From: Octopus sinensis
Lineage: Eukaryota
DNA length: 12,757 nucleotides
Assembly: GCF_006345805.1 (NCBI RefSeq)
Contig: NW_021826506.1
Location: 1 to 12,757 of the forward strand
Reading direction: 5' to 3'
The position numbers were made by a program, and so were the translations under genes. The first letter of the stretch is position 1; every line of letters begins with the position of its first letter. Below are positions 9,645 through 12,757 of the stretch, one piece after another. Below the pieces are notes generated by a model. The model was not told the DNA's origin. It ran no database searches and saw only the letters and a list, made by a program, of their open reading frames with translations.

Positions 9645-9823
9645 GTATGTGTGTGTATATGTTTGTGTGCCTGTGTTTGTTCCCCCCAACATCGTGTTTG
9701 GCAAAAGAGACTGATAGAATAAGCACTAGGCTTACAAAGAATAAGTCCTGTGGTTGATTTGCTCTATTGACTAAAGGCGGTGTTCCAGCATGGCCACAGT
9801 CAAATGACTGAAACAAGTAAAGA
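9645..9823 (+). mobile_element. 3' part of SINE family A, completing the head at 8992-9160
   Basis: GTGCCTGTGTTTGTTCCCCCCAACATCG...GACTAAAGGCGGTGTTCCAGCATGGCCACAGTCAAATGACTGAAACAAGTAAAG; same strand as the head and homologous to 6843-7018. Confidence 0.8.
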
Positions 9824-9832
9824 AAATATATT

Positions 9833-9871
<39 letters not shown>

Positions 9872-9986
9872 ATATATAATAGAGAGCGAGATAGAGATAG
9901 ATAGATAGATAATATATATATAGATAGCTAGATAAATAGATAGATAGATAGATAGATAGATATACATACATACATACGTACATACA
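9824..9986. repeat. Compound microsatellite (TA)n-(AGAT)n-(ACAT)n
   Basis: Read directly from the sequence. Confidence 0.95.
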
Positions 9987-10481
9987 TGGTGGCTGCCCCC
10001 TCGTTATCAAGTATGGCCATTGTACGAATCTTAATCAATGTTGCAATCGTGCAATGCCTGTGCAAGAAGAATTTTTTTTAAAGTGAGGAAAGGCTGTGCA
10101 CTGAGTCAATCCCACTCACTAAGCAACAGCAGCCATAATCCGAAAAGAACATCATCGGTAACCACTGAGCCGCAGGTTTTATGTCGGAGTTATCCCAGTT
10201 ACCCGAGCTACCTTCTCCTAGAAGGATGCCCTAACAAAGGCTAGGAGTTCTTCACTCCTAATGGTTTAACCGCGCGATCGGGTATTCAGTCCGATTATTT
10301 CTATGTCCCCCTGCATGATACAGCCTTAAGACATTTATTGGATGGCCGTTGACTCTCAAGAGTTCTACTGCCCTTTGACGGGTTTTGTTTTTCATCCCGC
10401 AGGGTGTCCAATAAATACCCTCCTCACCAAGCAAGCTAGCTTGGTGGGGTTGCCGGTTTAGTCACTGACGACCAGACCATG
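9985..10481 (-). mobile_element. Hairpin-rich ~500-bp element resembling an RTE-LINE 5' UTR (non-autonomous derivative), embedded in (ACAT)n
   Basis: Minus strand CTCCTAGCCTTTGTTAGGGCATCCTTCTAGGAGAAGG...AACTC...AAACC resembles the RTE 5'UTR motif I recall (GGCAACCAGTCTAGGAGAAGGAAAACTC). It is GC-richer than its flanks, has multiple stem-loops and is flanked on both sides by ATAC repeats. Confidence 0.45.
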
Positions 10482-10500
10482 CATACATACATACATACAT

Positions 10501-10652
10501 ATGTGTGTGTGTATGTGTTTATTTTCCACCAGTGTTGGTGTATTTACATCCCTTTAACTTAGCAGTTTGGCAAAAGAAACTGATAGAATAAGTACCAGGC
10601 TTTAGAAAAATATAAGTAAACAGCTTGATTCGACTGACTAAAAATTCTTCAG
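10501..10652 (+). mobile_element. Degenerate 3' fragment of SINE family A
   Basis: GTGTTGGTGTATTTACATCCC...TTAGCAGTTTGGCAAAAGAAACTGATAGAATAAGTACCAGGCTT aligns with 6900-6970. Confidence 0.75.
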
Positions 10653-10724
10653 CCCACGGCCTCCCACCTCTTAGCTATCAATCACGTGTGCTGCTACGGA
10701 CATGTCCTCCACCTCCCTCTGGAT

Positions 10725-11330
10725 CAGGGGTTCACAAGCCTATTTTAACCTAATGACCCCTTTTGATTATTTTATTCTGGTGGACCCCTATAGCCATTGG
10801 ATATTTAAAAATTTTTTATTGATATTCATTTCAAACTTCCTATTTTTTTTTTCACACATTAACTTTTGTAGGTTGATCCATGTAAAATGTTAGAGAAAGG
10901 AACCTAGCTCTTTCATGCAATACATGCTAACACATCTAAAGCCAAACTTTTTCAAGGACCCTTAAAATACTACTGCAGATCCTCAATTTATTCTTTTGCT
11001 TGTCTGGAACTCCCTTTGATAACTATTTTATTCTGGTGGACCCTCATACCAATTTGGTGTGTAAAAACTAATTTTTAAAGAAGCTTCTTTCAAAATTCCT
11101 ATTCCGTTTTTCACACATTCACTTGTGTAGGCTGAACTATGTAAAATGTTTGAGAAAGGAACCCAGCTGTTTCTTGCAATACATACATCTAAACTAAAAA
11201 ATTTTTCATGGGCCCTTAACATTCTACCATAGAACAGCAATTTACTATCTTGCATGTGTGGACCCCCTTGATTACCATTCTATTCTGATGGACCTCCATA
11301 GCCATTTGTTGTTTACAAACTGGTCATACA
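10725..11330 (+). repeat. Diverged tandem repeat, ~254-bp unit, ~2.3 copies; possibly the interior of a DNA transposon derivative
   Basis: The anchor CTG(G/A)TGGACC recurs at 10777, 11033 and 11285. TTCACACATT...TGTAAAATGTT.GAGAAAGGAACC.AGCT...GCAATACAT is shared by copies 1 and 2. The region begins CAGGGGTTCACAAG, a hAT-like terminus, but no matching end or TSD was confirmed. Confidence 0.75.
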
Positions 11331-11470
11331 GTCTACATTTTACTCTGAGAGAGAGGCCCTTTGTCACCAGCAGAGGTAAGAGCTCTCTGAACTTTGCCCA
11401 GGCTATTTTTATTCTAGCAGGTACACTTTCAGACCACCCACCCCTGCTACTGACTTGGTCACCTAATATT

Positions 11471-12000
11471 TCATCATCATCATCGTTTAGCGACCGTTCT
11501 CCATGCTAGCATGGGTTGGACAGTTCGACCGGGGTCTGGGAAGCCAGGAGGTTGCACCAGGCTCCAGTCTGATCTGGCAGTGTTTCTACAGCTGGATGCC
11601 CTTCCTAATGCCAACCACTCCGTGAGTGTAGTGGGTGCTTTTTACGTGCCATTGGTACAGGGGCCAGAGGAGGCTGGCAAACAAACACAATCGGTTGGTG
11701 CTTTTTACATGTCACCAGCACAGATGCCAGTCAAGGCGTTGCTGGCATCGGCCATGTTCAGATGGTGCTTTTTACATGCCACCGGCATGGGTATCACAAC
11801 TACAATATCCATTTGATTTATATTTTGATGTTGATGTACTTGACTCAGTAGGTCTCCTCAAGAACAGCGGGTCACTCTACAATCCAAGGTTAGCACAGCA
11901 GGCCTTCCTGTGAGCCATGAACTCACTTCATTTGTTGGGTCTTCGCAGTCACAGCATATCTCAGAGGTCTCGGTCTTTCGTCATTTCCTCTGTGAGGCCC
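11471..12000 (-). mobile_element. 5'-truncated RTE-clade LINE: (ATG)n tail, 3' UTR and last ~26 codons of the ORF (frameshifted)
   Basis: (CAT)n at 11471-11483 and a 3'UTR homologous to 7107-7470, with three GTGCTTTTTAC repeats (~11634, 11698, 11765). The minus strand from 11999 reads GLTEEMTKDRDL*; restoring one G gives GLTEEMTKDRDLWRYAVTAKTQQMK*, like the DRxxWR C-terminal motif of RTE ORFs. Confidence 0.7.
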
Positions 12001-12004
12001 AGTG

Positions 12005-12116
12005 TGCCACCGGCATGGGTAACCTAACTACAATTTCCATTTGATTTTTATTTTGATGTTGATGTACTTGACTCAATAGGTCTCCTCAAGCACAGCAGGT
12101 CGTCCTGTGAGCCATG

Positions 12117-12117
<1 letters not shown>
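12005..12117 (-). mobile_element. Duplicate of the RTE 3'UTR segment 11777-11920 with an internal deletion of about 30 bp
   Basis: TGCCACCGGCATGGGTA...GATGTTGATGTACTTGACTCA.TAGGTCTCCTCAAG.ACAGC...CCTGTGAGCCATGA is present in both copies. Confidence 0.85.
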
Positions 12118-12147
<30 letters not shown>

Positions 12148-12168
12148 ATAGATAGATAGATAGAGAGA
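12118..12168. repeat. (TA)n-(TAGA)n microsatellite
   Basis: Read directly from the sequence. Confidence 0.9.
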
Positions 12169-12205
12169 TAAAACTTACTTGGAAAAGGATGCATGGTGCT
12201 CGATC

Positions 12206-12739
12206 ATATAATAATATAAATAATATATAAATATATGCATATATACATACATATATGTACATACCTACATCTATATGTATATATACATGCATATATGGGT
12301 ACAGGACATCAAACAAACGAACATAATGAGAAACGAAAACATAAAAACAAAAACATAGAAACGAACTTTTTTTCAAACAATGAAAAAACAGAGTACAGGA
12401 CATACAACACAAGGAATATTCCCCTTCATCAGTTGTCCCTGTTTCATCTCCACGTTTCGAAGGTAAGGACAAGACGCAACTTCGTTGAAACAGTCCTTCC
12501 CGCAAAGCAAATTAAATAAAGTTTGGGATTTTTTGCAGAGGGGTAAAAGTGGTGACAAGAACAGGATATTGAGGACAAAACAAGACAGTAAAAACAATGA
12601 AAGTAAAAACTCATTGTGGTCAATGACTTTTTTTTATGTCCTGTACCCATATATGCATGTATATATACATATAGATGTAGGTATGTACATATATGTATGT
12701 ATATATGCATATATCTATATATTACTTATATTATTATAT
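12206..12739. mobile_element. MITE-like / fold-back element with 104-bp terminal inverted repeats
   Basis: 12206-12309 is the reverse complement of 12636-12739 with 2 mismatches, and the inner 79 bp are identical. The ORF track shows the same peptide MHIYIHICTYLHLYVYIHAYMGTGH on both strands. The interior is 326 bp and non-coding. Confidence 0.85.
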
Positions 12740-12757
12740 ATCACCGTGATCACGTGA

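Noticed and set aside
10683-10707. E-box CACGTG and palindromic p53-type half-site GGACATGTCC
   Set aside because: Single half-site with no partner decamer; expected by chance at this scale.
11340-11425. Splice-like signals AG|GTAAG (~11376) and TTTTTATTCTAGCAG| (~11420)
   Set aside because: They would define a 45-nt intron or a tiny exon with no supporting reading frame. RNA-seq would be needed.
9391-12444. Shared 12-mer TGTCCCTGTTTC between the 9.2-kb and 12.2-kb elements
   Set aside because: A 12-mer match is expected by chance in several kb, and the flanks do not align.
12741-12757. TCACCGTGATCACGTGA, possibly the start of another repeat (cf. GTCACGTGACC at 9180)
   Set aside because: Only 17 bp before the window ends; cannot be supported.

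Overview
Eukaryotic, AT-rich, non-coding DNA. I can support no protein-coding gene: every ORF in the track is a by-product of tandem or simple repeats. Bases 1-5966 are a head-to-tail satellite of about 88 bp (67 complete units plus a partial 68th), each unit a ~70-bp core plus a (TA)n tract. The array hides a duplicated 11-unit block at a 25-unit (~2.2 kb) offset and a separately homogenised terminal block. Bases 5967-12757 are a mosaic of microsatellites and nested interspersed repeats: a complete non-autonomous Helitron-like element, fold-back/MITE-like elements, two tRNA-type SINE families, RTE-LINE-like 3' ends, a hairpin-rich RTE-5'UTR-like element and a diverged ~254-bp tandem repeat. 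The SINE and RTE-like families match my recollection of Octopus (cephalopod) repeats; this is recall, not a database result. One small non-repetitive island (8561-8620) holds a dense cluster of nuclear-receptor half-sites, including a perfect DR1. I found no convincing new protein-based system. The best leads are the satellite sub-structure, the long-TIR elements, the structured RTE-like RNA and the putative hormone-response element.
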